The notes: generated by a model not told the origin, from the sequence alone. DNA of 35,471 bases from Deltaproteobacteria bacterium (GCA_016218785.1 JACRCY010000572.1:1-35471); one strand, 5' to 3'. Counted from the stretch's first letter, positions 1 through 11,213 are shown. Translations and numbers: made by a program.

Positions 1-114
1 CCTTTCGCCGCGCCGCCTTGACGCCGCGCCCATTACCTGGAATACCTACGCGGTCTTTTTCTCGCGGCACGCGCGCCCCGCGGGCGCCCGGTCGCGGGCC
101 ACGAGGGAGCGACC

Positions 115-1371
115 ATGGACAACTTCAAGGTGGCGGATCTGAACCTGGCCGAGGCCGGGCGCCGGCTGATCGACTGGGCCGAGTCGCGCATGCCGGTGAT
201 GATGGCGCTGCGCGCGCAGCACCAGGAGCAGCAGTCCCTCCAGGGGATGCGCATCGCCGGCTGCCTGCACGTCACCAAGGAGACCGCGGTCCTCGTGCGT
301 ACGCTGCGGGCCGCGGGCGCCGAGGTGTCGTGGTCGGGCTGCAACCCGCTCTCGACCAACGACGAGGTCGCGGCCGCGCTGGCGGCCGAGGGCACCTCGA
401 TCTACGCGTGGCACGGCATGAACGTCGAGGAGTTCTACTGGTGCATCGAGCGCACCCTCGACTTCAAGCCGACCCTCACCCTCGACGACGGCGCTGACCT
501 GATCTTCACGGTCCACGCGAAGCACCCCGAGCTGGCCCCGGGGATCTACGGCGGCACCGAGGAGACCACCACCGGCGTCCACCGCCTGCGCGCCATGGGC
601 GCCGACGGCAAGCTCCTCTACCCGGTGATCGCGGTCAACGATGCCGAGACCAAGTGGGACTTCGACAACGTCTACGGCACCGGCCAGTCGACCCTCGACG
701 GCATCCTGCGCGCGACCTCCGTGCTGCTGGCGGGCAAGAACTTCGTGGTGGCCGGCTACGGCCACTGCGGCAAGGGCGTGGCCACGCGCGCCAAGGGCAT
801 GGGCGCCAACATCGTCGTCACCGAGGTGAAGGCGACGGCCGCGCTCAAGGCGACCCTCGAAGGCATGCGCGTGATGCCCATGGACCAGGCCGCGGCCAGC
901 GGCGACATCTTCGTCACCGCCACGGTCATGAAGGACGTGATCGTGGGCCGCCACTTCGACCAGCTCAAGAGCGGTGCCATCGTCTGCAACACGGGCCACT
1001 ACGACGTCGATATCACCCTCGGCGACCTCGTGGCGCGCGCGGCGCAGAAGCGTCGCATCCGCGACAACTGCGAGGAGTACACGCTGAAGGACGGCCGGCG
1101 CGTGTACGTGCTGGCTCAGGGACGCCTGGTCAACCTCGCCGCCGCCGAGGGGCACCCCTCGGAGGTCATGGACATGAGCTTCGCCAACCAGTTCCTGTCG
1201 CTGGTGCGGCTGTCGCGCGAGGGGCGCAGCCTCACGCACCAGGTCCACGACATCGACCCGGCGCAGGACCAGGACGTCGCGCGGCTCAAGCTCCAGACCA
1301 TGGGCCTGGGCATCGACACGCTCACCCCGGAGCAGGTGAAGTACGCGAGCGACTACTCGGCGGGGACGTAG
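115..1371 (+). CDS. ahcY: Adenosylhomocysteinase (SAH hydrolase), short 418-aa type
   Basis: Motifs CLHVTKET, SGCNPLST, LDDGADL, GTEETTTG, KWDFDNVYGTGQS, GYGHCGKG, GRLVNLAAAEGHPSEVMDMSFANQ; SD-like GAGGGAG upstream of the ATG. Confidence 0.97.
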   Translation: MDNFKVADLNLAEAGRRLIDWAESRMPVMMALRAQHQEQQSLQGMRIAGCLHVTKETAVLVRTLRAAGAEVSWSGCNPLSTNDEVAAALAAEGTSIYAWHGMNVEEFYWCIERTLDFKPTLTLDDGADLIFTVHAKHPELAPGIYGGTEETTTGVHRLRAMGADGKLLYPVIAVNDAETKWDFDNVYGTGQSTLDGILRATSVLLAGKNFVVAGYGHCGKGVATRAKGMGANIVVTEVKATAALKATLEGMRVMPMDQAAASGDIFVTATVMKDVIVGRHFDQLKSGAIVCNTGHYDVDITLGDLVARAAQKRRIRDNCEEYTLKDGRRVYVLAQGRLVNLAAAEGHPSEVMDMSFANQFLSLVRLSREGRSLTHQVHDIDPAQDQDVARLKLQTMGLGIDTLTPEQVKYASDYSAGT

Positions 1372-1372
1372 C

Positions 1373-1400
1373 GGCTGGAGGCTGAAGGCTGGAGGCCGAA
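1373..1400. repeat. Four tandem heptamers (GGCTGGA GGCTGAA GGCTGGA GGCCGAA) between convergent ahcY and metK
   Basis: Read directly from the sequence. Confidence 0.8.
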
Positions 1401-1405
1401 AGGGG

Positions 1406-2650
<1,245 letters not shown>

Positions 2651-2698
2651 CGTGTGCTCCCCTAGGGGCTGCGCGGAGCTCGCAAGTCGAGCCGACCG

Positions 2699-2726
2699 AG
2701 TCTACCCCCGGTTCGAGGCAAGTCAA
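2699..2726 (-). promoter_or_regulatory. Putative sigma70 promoter of metK (TTGACT-16-TAGACT)
   Basis: On the + strand, AGTCAA at 2721-2726 and AGTCTA at 2699-2704; SD GGGGAG downstream on the minus strand. Confidence 0.55.
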
Positions 2727-2731
2727 CCCTG

Positions 2732-2759
2732 TTGCTCCCCGGGCCCGCGGCGCTACTAT
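2732..2759 (+). promoter_or_regulatory. Putative sigma70 promoter of hisD (TTGCTC-16-TACTAT), back-to-back with the metK promoter
   Basis: Hexamers at 2732-2737 and 2754-2759; 11 nt to ATG 2771; no SD. Confidence 0.4.
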
Positions 2760-2770
2760 GGTGGGCCGAC

Positions 2771-4063
2771 ATGCTCCGCATCCTGCTCCCCGACGAGGCC
2801 GACTACCACGCGGAGGTCGCGCGCCTGCTCGACCGCGGCCGCGCGGTGCCGCCCGCGGTGGAGGAGACGGTGCGGGCCATCGTGGCCGACGTGCAGCGCC
2901 GGGGCGACGAGGCGGTGCGGGAGTACTGCGCGCGCTTCGACGGCGGGGCCCCGGAGCGGTTCGAGCTCCGCCGGGACGAGATCGAGGCGGCGGCCGCGGC
3001 GGCGACGCCGGAGGTGCGCGCGGCGCTCGAGCGGGCTGCGGCCCGCATCCGCGCCTTCCACGAGCGGCAACGGGTGGCGGGGTACGACTTCACCGACGCC
3101 GACGGAGTCCACCTGGGGCTGCGCGTGGCCCCGCTCGGGCGCGTCGGGCTCTACGTGCCCGGCGGTACCGCGCGCTACCCCTCGTCGGTCCTCATGACCG
3201 CCGTGCCGGCCAAGGTCGCGGGCGTCCCGGAGGTGGTGATGACCACGCCGGGGCCGTCGCCCGAGACCCTGGCGGCGGCGCTCATCGCCGGCGTCGACCG
3301 CGTCTTCACCCTGGGCGGCGCGCAGGCCATCGCGGCCCTGGCGTACGGCACCCGGAGCGTGCCCCGCGTCGACAAGATCGTGGGGCCCGGCAATGCCTGG
3401 GTGACGGCGGCCAAGCGGCTCGTCTACGGCGCCGTGGACATCGACGCCATCGCCGGACCGAGCGAGGTCCTGATCGTCGCCGACGAGACGGCGGAGCCCG
3501 CCTGGTGTGCCGCCGACCTGCTGGCGCAGGCCGAGCACGACCCCGACGCGGTGCCGGTGCTGGTGACGACCTCGGCTGCCCTGGCCGCAGCCGTGGCGCG
3601 CGCCGTCGAGACGCAGCTCGCCGATCTGCCGCGGCGCGCGATCGCCGCCGCCGCGCTCGCGGGGCAGGGCCGCATCGTGGTGGTCGCCGACGTGGCCGCG
3701 GCCGTGCGCTTCGCCAACGAGTTCGCGGCCGAGCACCTCGAGCTGCAGGTCCGCGCCGCCCGCGCCGCGCTGCCGGCGATCACCGCCGCCGGCGCGGTGT
3801 TCGTGGGACCCTTCACCACCGAGGCGCTGGGGGACTACTTCGCGGGCCCGAACCACGTGCTGCCCACGGCGGGCACGGCGCGGTGGGCGTCGGCGCTCGG
3901 GGTCCACGATTTCGTGCGGCAGACGACGGTGCTCGAGTACGACCGCGATGCGCTGCAGCGGCACGCCGCCGACGTTCAGCGCCTCGCCCAGGTCGAGGGG
4001 CTCGACGCGCACGGGCGGGCCGTCGCGGTGCGGCTCGGGCCGGGAGACCACCGTGATCGGTAG
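2771..4063 (+). CDS. hisD: Histidinol dehydrogenase
   Basis: [71 protein letters not shown]; start moved to ATG 2771. Confidence 0.97.
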   Translation: MLRILLPDEADYHAEVARLLDRGRAVPPAVEETVRAIVADVQRRGDEAVREYCARFDGGAPERFELRRDEIEAAAAAATPEVRAALERAAARIRAFHERQRVAGYDFTDADGVHLGLRVAPLGRVGLYVPGGTARYPSSVLMTAVPAKVAGVPEVVMTTPGPSPETLAAALIAGVDRVFTLGGAQAIAALAYGTRSVPRVDKIVGPGNAWVTAAKRLVYGAVDIDAIAGPSEVLIVADETAEPAWCAADLLAQAEHDPDAVPVLVTTSAALAAAVARAVETQLADLPRRAIAAAALAGQGRIVVVADVAAAVRFANEFAAEHLELQVRAARAALPAITAAGAVFVGPFTTEALGDYFAGPNHVLPTAGTARWASALGVHDFVRQTTVLEYDRDALQRHAADVQRLAQVEGLDAHGRAVAVRLGPGDHRDR

Positions 4064-4781
4064 CCGCCCCGGCCGCCGGCGGACGGGCGCGTGGCTCGCG
4101 CTCGTCGTCCTCAGCGCGCTCGTGCGGCCGGCCGCGGCCCAGGAGGTGCCGGTCGAGCCGGCGGCGCCGCCGCCGGCCGCGGCGGCGACCGCCACGCCTC
4201 CGCTCGTGACGCCGGCGAGCCAGCCGCTCGCGGAGCCGCTCCTCAAGGGCAAGAGCCTGCAGCCGGGCGAGCGCGGCCACAAGTCGCTGGCCTGGGCCGC
4301 CGCGTGGTCGTTCGGGAGCACGCTGCTGCCCGTGCTCATGGGCGGGTTCCTCACCCGCTCGCAGCAGGACGACGTCATGTGGACCGGCCTCGGCCTGATC
4401 GCGGCCGCCCAGTCGTTCGGGCCCTCGGCCGGCTACTGGTATGCCAGGGAGAGGGCCCGCTTCACCTGGTACCGCCTGGCCCTCTCGGGGATCGCGCTCG
4501 CCGCCGCCGGCTACCCGCTCTACGCGTACACCGGGCGCCTCGAGAGCTACAACAGCGGCGGCGCCGCGGCGCTCGTCACGCTAGCCGTCGTGGCCGAGGC
4601 GGTCACGCTCGCACTCGCGGCGTGGGACCTGAGCCTCCTCGGCGACGCCGTCGAGCGGCACAACGAGCGGCCGGTGCGGCCGCCGGCGAGCCAGCCACTC
4701 AAGGTGCGGGCCGCGGCGCCGATGGTGGCGCCCGTCGTGGTGCCCGGCGGCGGGGGCGTGGGCCTGACGGGGTGGTTCTAG
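4053..4781 (+). CDS. Hypothetical exported/membrane protein
   Basis: GTG start overlapping the hisD end; signal peptide ending AAA-QE; Pro/Ala linker; hydrophobic segments; C-terminal [17 protein letters not shown]. Confidence 0.7.
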   Translation: MIGSRPGRRRTGAWLALVVLSALVRPAAAQEVPVEPAAPPPAAAATATPPLVTPASQPLAEPLLKGKSLQPGERGHKSLAWAAAWSFGSTLLPVLMGGFLTRSQQDDVMWTGLGLIAAAQSFGPSAGYWYARERARFTWYRLALSGIALAAAGYPLYAYTGRLESYNSGGAAALVTLAVVAEAVTLALAAWDLSLLGDAVERHNERPVRPPASQPLKVRAAAPMVAPVVVPGGGGVGLTGWF

Positions 4782-4793
4782 GCCGGAGGGGTC

Positions 4794-5813
4794 ATGGGCG
4801 CGACGCCGGGACGCTACGCTCGCCAGGAGTTGTTTCTCGGCACCGAGGTCCAAGGAAGGCTGCAAGCTGCCACGGCGGTCGTCGTCGGGTGCGGGGCCCT
4901 CGGCTGCACCGCGGCCACCATCCTCGCGCGCGCGGGGGTGGGCCGGCTGCGCCTCATCGACCGGGACTACGTCGACCTCGTCAACCTGCACCGGCAGATC
5001 CTCTTCGACGAGGAGGACGTGCGCGCGGTGCTCCCCAAGGCCGTGGCGGCCGCGGCCCACCTCGCGCGCGCCAACTCCACCATCGCCATCGAGGCCTGCT
5101 TCGAGGACTTCACCGCGGGCAGCGCGCAACACCTGTGCGCGGGCGCCGACGTCATCGTCGACGCCCTCGACAACTTCGAGGGGCGCTTCCTGCTCAACGA
5201 CCTCGCGGTGAAGCTGGGCGTGCCGTGGATCTACGGCGCCGCGGTCGGCAGCTACGGCCTGGCCATGGCGGTGCTGCCGGGCGAGGGGCCCTGCCTGCGC
5301 TGCCTGCAGGAGGAGGAGCCGCCCCCGGGCACGACGCCGACCTGCGACACGGCCGGTATCGTGGCGTCGGCCCCGATCATCGTCGCGAGCCTCCAGGCGG
5401 CCGAGGCGCTCAAGCTCCTCGGCGGCCGGCGTGACCTGGTGACGCGGCAGCTCATCGCCATCGACCTGTGGCCCGGGACGGTCCAGGCGATCGCGGTCAA
5501 GCGCCACGAGGCCTGCCCCTGCTGCGGCGCCCGCCGCTTCGAGTACCTCGAGGGCGAGCGCCGCCCACCCGCGATCTCGCTCTGCGGCCGCAACGCCGTG
5601 CAGATCGCCGCGCCGGCCTCCGGGACCATCGACCTCGACGTGGTGGCGGCGCAGCTCGGGACGACGGGCGAGGTGACGCGGAACGAGTACCTGGTGCGCG
5701 CGGAGATCGAGGGGTTCCAGCTGACGGTGTTCCGCGACGGCCGCGCGATCGTGGTGGGCACGCAGGACCCGGCGGTGGCGCGGGGACTGTACGCGCGGTA
5801 CGTGGGCGCGTAG
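4794..5813 (+). CDS. ThiF/MoeB-family adenylyltransferase
   Basis: RYARQ, VVGCGALG, DRDYVDLVNLHRQ, DALDNF, PCLRC, TCDTAG, CPCC; C-terminal extension LCGRNAVQI...TVFRDGRAIV; SD GGAGG. Confidence 0.92.
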   Translation: MGATPGRYARQELFLGTEVQGRLQAATAVVVGCGALGCTAATILARAGVGRLRLIDRDYVDLVNLHRQILFDEEDVRAVLPKAVAAAAHLARANSTIAIEACFEDFTAGSAQHLCAGADVIVDALDNFEGRFLLNDLAVKLGVPWIYGAAVGSYGLAMAVLPGEGPCLRCLQEEEPPPGTTPTCDTAGIVASAPIIVASLQAAEALKLLGGRRDLVTRQLIAIDLWPGTVQAIAVKRHEACPCCGARRFEYLEGERRPPAISLCGRNAVQIAAPASGTIDLDVVAAQLGTTGEVTRNEYLVRAEIEGFQLTVFRDGRAIVVGTQDPAVARGLYARYVGA

Positions 5814-5818
5814 GACGC

Positions 5819-8179
5819 TCAGCTGCCCAGGAGCGCCCGGCGCAGCAGGGTCCGGACGATCGTGACCTTGAAGGCGTTGCGCTGGAGGGGCTGCACGGCG
5901 CGGACCGCGAGCGCGCCGGCCGCCGCGGCCGTCTCCTCGTCGAGCGCGCGGCCGACCAGGAAGTCCTCGACGGCACGCGCGCGGTAGGGGAGCGGGGCGA
6001 CCGCCCCGAGGACCACCCGCGCGGCCGTGACCCGCTGGCGCTCGAGGGTGAGGCTCACGGCGACCCCCACGATGGGGAAGTCGATGGCGTTGCGGATACG
6101 GAACTTGAGGTAGCGCTGGACGCCGCCGGGCGGGGCCCTCGGGATCTCGACCTCGGTCAGCACCTCGCCGGGCGCGAGCACGGTGGTGCTCTGCAGGCCG
6201 GTGCCGAAGAAGTCCTCGGCGTCGATGGTCCGCGCGGTGGTCTTCATCCGGGCCCGGAGCGCGATGAGCGCCGGCGCCAGGTCGGAGGCGTTGACCGCCA
6301 CGCAGCCGCAGTTGATGCAGCGCCGCGCCTCGGTCTGGATGGCGCGCAGGTCGAGGGTCGCGGTGTCCTCGGCGTCGATGGTCCGCGCGGGGACGGGGCG
6401 TGTGGTCGGCCGGACCGCCGTGGACCGGGCGAGCGCCTGGGGGTTCACGTCGATGGGGCCCGCGGCGGCGGCGGCGCCCGCGTCCGTCCGCTTGCCGCGC
6501 CGGAGGGCGGCGTCGAGCGCCACCGCCGCGCGCCGGCCCGCGGCGATGGCCGCGATCACGGTCGCGGCGCCGGTCGCGGCGTCGCCGCCCGCGAAGACGC
6601 CCGGCAGGTTCGTCGCCTGGGTCTCCTCGTCGGCGACGATCAGGCCGCGCGCCGTCTGAAGCGCGCGGTCGCCGAGGTCGAGGTCGCTCCCCTGGCCGAT
6701 CGCCAGCATCACGCAGTCGGCCGCGACCGTCATGGTGTCAGCGGGGTCGTAGGTCGGGCGGAAGCGCCCCTCCTGGTCGAAGACCGAGGTGCACCGCTGC
6801 AGCTCCAAGCCCGTCAGCCTGCCCCCTTCCGTCAGGACCCGATGCGGCCCCCACGACGGCAGGAGCGCGATCTGCTCCTCGAGCGCCAGCTCGAGGTCCT
6901 CGGCGAAGGCGGGCATGCTGTCGCGGGCCTCGAGGCAGGCCATGGTGACACTCGCCGCGCCCAGGCGCCGCGCCGTGATGGCCACGTCCACCGCCACGCT
7001 GCCGCCGCCGATGACGAGCACCTTCCTGCCCGGCGCGCCGCGGCGGCCGCGCTGGACCTCGATCAGGAAATCGAGGCCGCTCGCGAGCAGCGCCTCCTGC
7101 TCGAGCCCCAGCGTCTTCTGCCGCCACGCCCCGGGCGCGAGGAACACGGCGTCGTGGGACCGGCGCAGCCGGGCGAGCGGCAGCCCCTTGCCGATGGCGA
7201 CGCCCAGACGGAACTCGATCCCCATGGCCGCGAGCGCGGCGACCTGCCGCTGCACCACGTCCTTGGGCAGCCGGTAGGCGGGGATGCAGTAACGGAGCAT
7301 GCCGCCGGCCTCGGGCATCCGCTCGAAGACCGCGACCTGGTGACCGGAGAGCCTCAAGTAGTAGGCGGCGGCCAGGCCCCCGGGGCCGGCGCCGACCACG
7401 GCCACCTTCTTGCGGCTCTTCACCGCCGGCGGCGCCATGAACCGGTCGGCGTGCGCGAGGATGTGGTCCCCCAGGAAGCGCTCGATCGCGCGGGTCGAGA
7501 CCGCTTCGTCGAGCGTGCCGCGGTTGCAGTGCTCCTGGCAGTAGTGCGGGCACACGCGACCGGTGATGGCCGGCAGGGGGTTCCGCTCGAGGATCAGCCG
7601 GGCGGCCCCGTCGAGGTCCCCGCCGCGGATCTTCGCCAGGTAGGTGGGGATGGCGACGTGGGCCGGGCAGCTCTGGGCGCAGGCGGGCAGCGCGGTGCGC
7701 GCGGCCCCATAGATGGAGTGGTAGCGGTTGTCCCCGAGGATCGCGCCGCAGTGGTCGCCGCCCTTGCGCAGACAGAAGAAGAGGTTCTCGGGCGTGCGGT
7801 AGTACCAGCAGCGCGGCTCCTGACAGAGGTTGCCGCCGATGGTGCCCATGTTCCGGATCTGGGGCGAGGCCACCACGCGGGCCGCCTGCCAGAGCAGGGG
7901 CCAGGCCTCGCGGACCACCGGGTGCCCCGCGATCTCGGCGAGCGTGGTGAGGGCCCCGATCCGCAGGCCCTGGCGCTCCGCCGTGACCCCGCGCAGGGCC
8001 CCGAGCGGCTTGAGATCGACCAGCAGGTCGGGGTAGCGCAGGTGGACGTTGTCCTTGAGCACGCCCAGGAGGTCGGTCCCGCCGGCGACCAGGGCGACCT
8101 TCTTGCCGGGCGTGGCGCCGAGGCGGGAGGCCTCCTCGAGCGAGGTCGCCGCGACATGGTCAACGGGTCTCAGGGCCAT
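5819..8179 (-). CDS. Xanthine dehydrogenase-family FAD subunit (PaoB/YagS-like) with an inserted GltD-like Fe-S flavo-oxidoreductase domain
   Basis: N-terminal AGGTDL, ASPQIRNMGTIGGNLCQEPRCWYYR; central CAQSCP, GRVCPHYCQEHC, GAGPGG, GGGSVAVD, FAGGDA; C-terminal CVAVNASDLAPAL, YLKFRIRNAIDFPIV, LGAVAPLPYR. Confidence 0.88.
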   Translation of the reverse strand: MALRPVDHVAATSLEEASRLGATPGKKVALVAGGTDLLGVLKDNVHLRYPDLLVDLKPLGALRGVTAERQGLRIGALTTLAEIAGHPVVREAWPLLWQAARVVASPQIRNMGTIGGNLCQEPRCWYYRTPENLFFCLRKGGDHCGAILGDNRYHSIYGAARTALPACAQSCPAHVAIPTYLAKIRGGDLDGAARLILERNPLPAITGRVCPHYCQEHCNRGTLDEAVSTRAIERFLGDHILAHADRFMAPPAVKSRKKVAVVGAGPGGLAAAYYLRLSGHQVAVFERMPEAGGMLRYCIPAYRLPKDVVQRQVAALAAMGIEFRLGVAIGKGLPLARLRRSHDAVFLAPGAWRQKTLGLEQEALLASGLDFLIEVQRGRRGAPGRKVLVIGGGSVAVDVAITARRLGAASVTMACLEARDSMPAFAEDLELALEEQIALLPSWGPHRVLTEGGRLTGLELQRCTSVFDQEGRFRPTYDPADTMTVAADCVMLAIGQGSDLDLGDRALQTARGLIVADEETQATNLPGVFAGGDAATGAATVIAAIAAGRRAAVALDAALRRGKRTDAGAAAAAGPIDVNPQALARSTAVRPTTRPVPARTIDAEDTATLDLRAIQTEARRCINCGCVAVNASDLAPALIALRARMKTTARTIDAEDFFGTGLQSTTVLAPGEVLTEVEIPRAPPGGVQRYLKFRIRNAIDFPIVGVAVSLTLERQRVTAARVVLGAVAPLPYRARAVEDFLVGRALDEETAAAAGALAVRAVQPLQRNAFKVTIVRTLLRRALLGS

Positions 8180-8187
8180 GGCCTACC

Positions 8188-10548
8188 TCACACCTTCCCC
8201 AGGGCGGCGAGGACCTTCTCGGGTTTCAGCGGGATCTCGTCGAGGCGGACGCCGATGGCGTTGTGGACGGCGTTGAGGATCGCGCGCGGCGTGCAGGTGA
8301 GCGTGCCCTCGCCGATGCCGCAGGCGCCGTACTCGCCGCCGCCGCGCCACACCTCGAGGAGCACCGGGTCGATGTCGGGCATGTCGGCCATCGTCGGGAT
8401 CTGGTAGTCGATCCAGTTGAAGTTGAGCGGGATGCCCGTCTGCGGGTCGTAGATGATCTCCTCGGTCAGGGTCTCGCCCACGGCGATGACCTGGCCGCCG
8501 ATCTGCTGCGCCTCGGCGCCCGAGGCGTACATCACGCACCCGCAGTCGTTCACGACCACGAGCCTGAGCACCTGCACCAGGCCGGTGCCGGTGTCGACCT
8601 CGACCTCGGCGAAGTTGGCGATCGCGGGCACGCCGGTGCGGGTGGCGAGCGGCGGGCGCGAGAGCTTGACCGCGAGCGGCACCAGGTCGCCGGCCATGAG
8701 CAGCTGCTTGACGCTCTGCCCCTTGTCCGGGGAGGCCTTGGGGAAGATGCGGCCGGCGGCGATGTCCAGCTCGGAGGGCGCCCGGCTGAGGCGCGGCGCC
8801 AGCTTCTCGATGAGCCGGGCCTTCAGCTCTCGCGCGGCCACGGCCATGACCTCGGACTGCAGGTAGGCGACCGAGCTGTCGGTCTGCACGCAGTCCTTGC
8901 TGCTGGTGTCGGTGTCGACCACCTTGACCCAGTTGATGTCGGCCGGGGTGACGCCGAGGAAGTCGAGCGCCTCGGCGCAGCCCAGCACGTTGCAGGTGTT
9001 GGAGCCGGTGCCGGTCTCGATCGTGGGGGCGTCCAGGATGACCGTGCCGTCGGGGTTCAGGGTAATGCCGACCTGCACCTCGCCGCGGCGCTCCTCCTGC
9101 CACTCGGCGTGCCAGCCCGGGTGGTACGAGAAGCCGACGCCGCGGCGGCAGCCACCGGCGTAGACCGGACCCTGCCCCGGGGCGTGGCGCTTCTCCTTCC
9201 AGCCGATCCCCTCGGCCCCGGCGCGCAGCACGGCCTCCAGGCTCTGGTCGGGCAGGGTCTCCCACTCGTGGCCGAAGTTCTTGAGGCACACGTCGAGGGG
9301 GTCCAGGCCGAGCTTCTCGGCCAGCACGTCCACCACGTGCCCCAGGATCAGGTTGAGCTGCGAGTTGCCGACGCCGCGCATCATGCAGGCCGGGAGCATG
9401 TTGGTGTAGACCCCGTACGCCTCGAAGCGGAGGTTGGGGATGTGCGCCAGCGCCACCTCGGCGAGCTCCCTGGGGGCGAACTTCAGCGCGAACATGGTGT
9501 GATCGGCGTGGGCGCCGGCGTTGCCGATCGACTTGAAGGACATGGCGGTGATGCGCCCGTCCCTGGTGGCGCCGACCTGGGCGGTGTAGGTCGCCTGCTG
9601 GCGGCCGTCGTGGAAGCTCTCGCGGCGGGTGTGCTTGAACTTGACCGGCCGGCCCGTCTGCCGGGCGAGGAGCGCGGTGAAGAGGAAGAAGGGCTGGTCG
9701 CCGGTGTCGCCGCGGCCGAACTGGCCGCCCACGTAGGGGCTGACCACGCGGACCTGGTGGAGCGGGATGTCGAGCATCGTGGCGAGGTGCATCCGGCTCT
9801 GGTCGGCCTCGTAGGAGTTGGACCAGACGGTGAACCGGTCGTCGCGCCACTCGACGACGCAGCACCACGGATCGAGCGAGTTCTGGGTCGCGTTGTGGTA
9901 GGTCGAGGTGCACTCGACCACCACCGGCGCCGTGGCTAGGGCGTGCACCACGTTGCCCCGGTCCACGAACACGTCGGGCCCGCCGATCGGGTCCTGCGGC
10001 AGCACGTTGTTGGGCGCGATCTCGGGGTGGAGCACCGGCGCGCCCGGGCGCATCGCCGCGGCGGCGTCGAGCAGGAAGGGCAGGATCTCCCAGTCGACCT
10101 GGACCAGCCGGAGCGCTTCCTCGGCGAGGGCCTCGCTCTCGGCCGCCACCACCACGCCGACCTCGTCGCCGACCCACACCGCGTAGTCTCCGAGGACGCG
10201 GCGGTCCTTGAACTTCCCCCACATCATGCGGTCGTACGAGACGGTGTCGACGCCGTCGGTCCAGCCGGCGCTGGTCGGCTTCAGGGCGGCGACCGCGGGG
10301 TCCTGGTAGGTGAGGATCCCGACGACGCCGGGGAGCGCCTCGGCCGCGCTGGTGTCGAGCGACTTGATGCGGGCGTGGGCGTGCGGGCTGCGCAGCACCT
10401 TGGCGTAGAGCAGGTCGGGGATGCGCAGCCGCGAGGCGAGGTCGTCTGCGTAGGTGGCGCGGCCGGACGCCTTCTCGGCGCCGTCGAGGCGCGGCCGGTA
10501 GCCGCCGACGTGCTGGCGCGGGACGCGCGGGGTGTAGGGCTTCTTCAT
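8188..10548 (-). CDS. Xanthine dehydrogenase/aldehyde oxidoreductase-family molybdopterin-binding subunit
   Basis: RLDGAEKASGRATYADD, VLRSPHAHARIKSLDTS, VGGQFGRG, MRGVG, ETGTG, FAEVEVDTGTG, DYQIPT, GIGEG, NAVHNAIG; ATG 10548 overlaps the upstream TGA (ATGA coupling). Confidence 0.92.
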   Translation of the reverse strand: MKKPYTPRVPRQHVGGYRPRLDGAEKASGRATYADDLASRLRIPDLLYAKVLRSPHAHARIKSLDTSAAEALPGVVGILTYQDPAVAALKPTSAGWTDGVDTVSYDRMMWGKFKDRRVLGDYAVWVGDEVGVVVAAESEALAEEALRLVQVDWEILPFLLDAAAAMRPGAPVLHPEIAPNNVLPQDPIGGPDVFVDRGNVVHALATAPVVVECTSTYHNATQNSLDPWCCVVEWRDDRFTVWSNSYEADQSRMHLATMLDIPLHQVRVVSPYVGGQFGRGDTGDQPFFLFTALLARQTGRPVKFKHTRRESFHDGRQQATYTAQVGATRDGRITAMSFKSIGNAGAHADHTMFALKFAPRELAEVALAHIPNLRFEAYGVYTNMLPACMMRGVGNSQLNLILGHVVDVLAEKLGLDPLDVCLKNFGHEWETLPDQSLEAVLRAGAEGIGWKEKRHAPGQGPVYAGGCRRGVGFSYHPGWHAEWQEERRGEVQVGITLNPDGTVILDAPTIETGTGSNTCNVLGCAEALDFLGVTPADINWVKVVDTDTSSKDCVQTDSSVAYLQSEVMAVAARELKARLIEKLAPRLSRAPSELDIAAGRIFPKASPDKGQSVKQLLMAGDLVPLAVKLSRPPLATRTGVPAIANFAEVEVDTGTGLVQVLRLVVVNDCGCVMYASGAEAQQIGGQVIAVGETLTEEIIYDPQTGIPLNFNWIDYQIPTMADMPDIDPVLLEVWRGGGEYGACGIGEGTLTCTPRAILNAVHNAIGVRLDEIPLKPEKVLAALGKV

Positions 10549-11213
10549 GGCGTGCCTCCGCGGGCCGCGAGCTTCTCCGCCGCGTGCAGCACCGCCCGGG
10601 CGATGCCCGCGTAGCAGCCGCACCGGCAGAGGTTGCCGGAGAGCGCCTCCTTCACCTCGGCCAAGGAAGGCCGGGGGTTCTCCCGCAGCAGGGCCACCGA
10701 GGCCATGACGAAGCCGGGGGTGCAGTAGCCGCACTGCAGCGCCGTGCCGTACCCGGGCTCGCTCTGCGCGGCGAAGGCCTGAATCACCGGGTCGTCCTGG
10801 GGCAGGCCCTCGATGGTCGTGACCTCGTGCCCGTGGGCCTCGACCGCGAGCATCATGCACGAGAGCACCGCCTTGCCGTCCAGGAGCACGGTGCAGGCGC
10901 CGCACGCGCCCTCGTCGCAGGAGACCTTGAGGCCGGAGAAGCCGAGCCGCTCGCGGAGCAGGTACGCGAGGGTGGTCTCCGGGGCCAGGTCGCGGGGCAC
11001 GAGGAAGTCGTGCCGGCGGCCGTTGACGGTGATCGCGACCGTCCGCTCCGTTGCCACCGCCGCTGGCTCCGGCACCGCCGGCGCGGGCTCGGCCGGCCTC
11101 AGGACCGCTGGCGTCCGCTTCGCCGCCGCAGGCTTCGCGGTCTTCGGGCGTTTCGTGCCGCTGCGCGTCGCCTTCCCTGCGCCGCGGCCCTTCCCCGATC
11201 GTGCCCTCGCCAT
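10545..11213 (-). CDS. (2Fe-2S)-binding small subunit (CoxS/XdhC-like) with a basic Lys/Ala-rich N-terminal extension
   Basis: CDEGACGACTVLLDG..SC and QCGYCTPG..NLCRCGCY; SD GAGGAGG before ATG 11213. Confidence 0.92.
   Translation of the reverse strand: MARARSGKGRGAGKATRSGTKRPKTAKPAAAKRTPAVLRPAEPAPAVPEPAAVATERTVAITVNGRRHDFLVPRDLAPETTLAYLLRERLGFSGLKVSCDEGACGACTVLLDGKAVLSCMMLAVEAHGHEVTTIEGLPQDDPVIQAFAAQSEPGYGTALQCGYCTPGFVMASVALLRENPRPSLAEVKEALSGNLCRCGCYAGIARAVLHAAEKLAARGGTP

Noticed and set aside
1-114. SAH/SAM riboswitch upstream of ahcY (and in the metK leader, 2651-2698)
   Set aside because: I could not identify the conserved riboswitch motifs by eye; the leaders are short and the ahcY upstream region is cut by the window edge. 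An Rfam scan would settle it
5468-9939. Long antisense/alternative-frame ORFs (e.g. 5468..8407, 8263..9939, and similar ones across the window)
   Set aside because: Expected shadow ORFs in very high-GC DNA; they overlap well-supported genes and have no motifs
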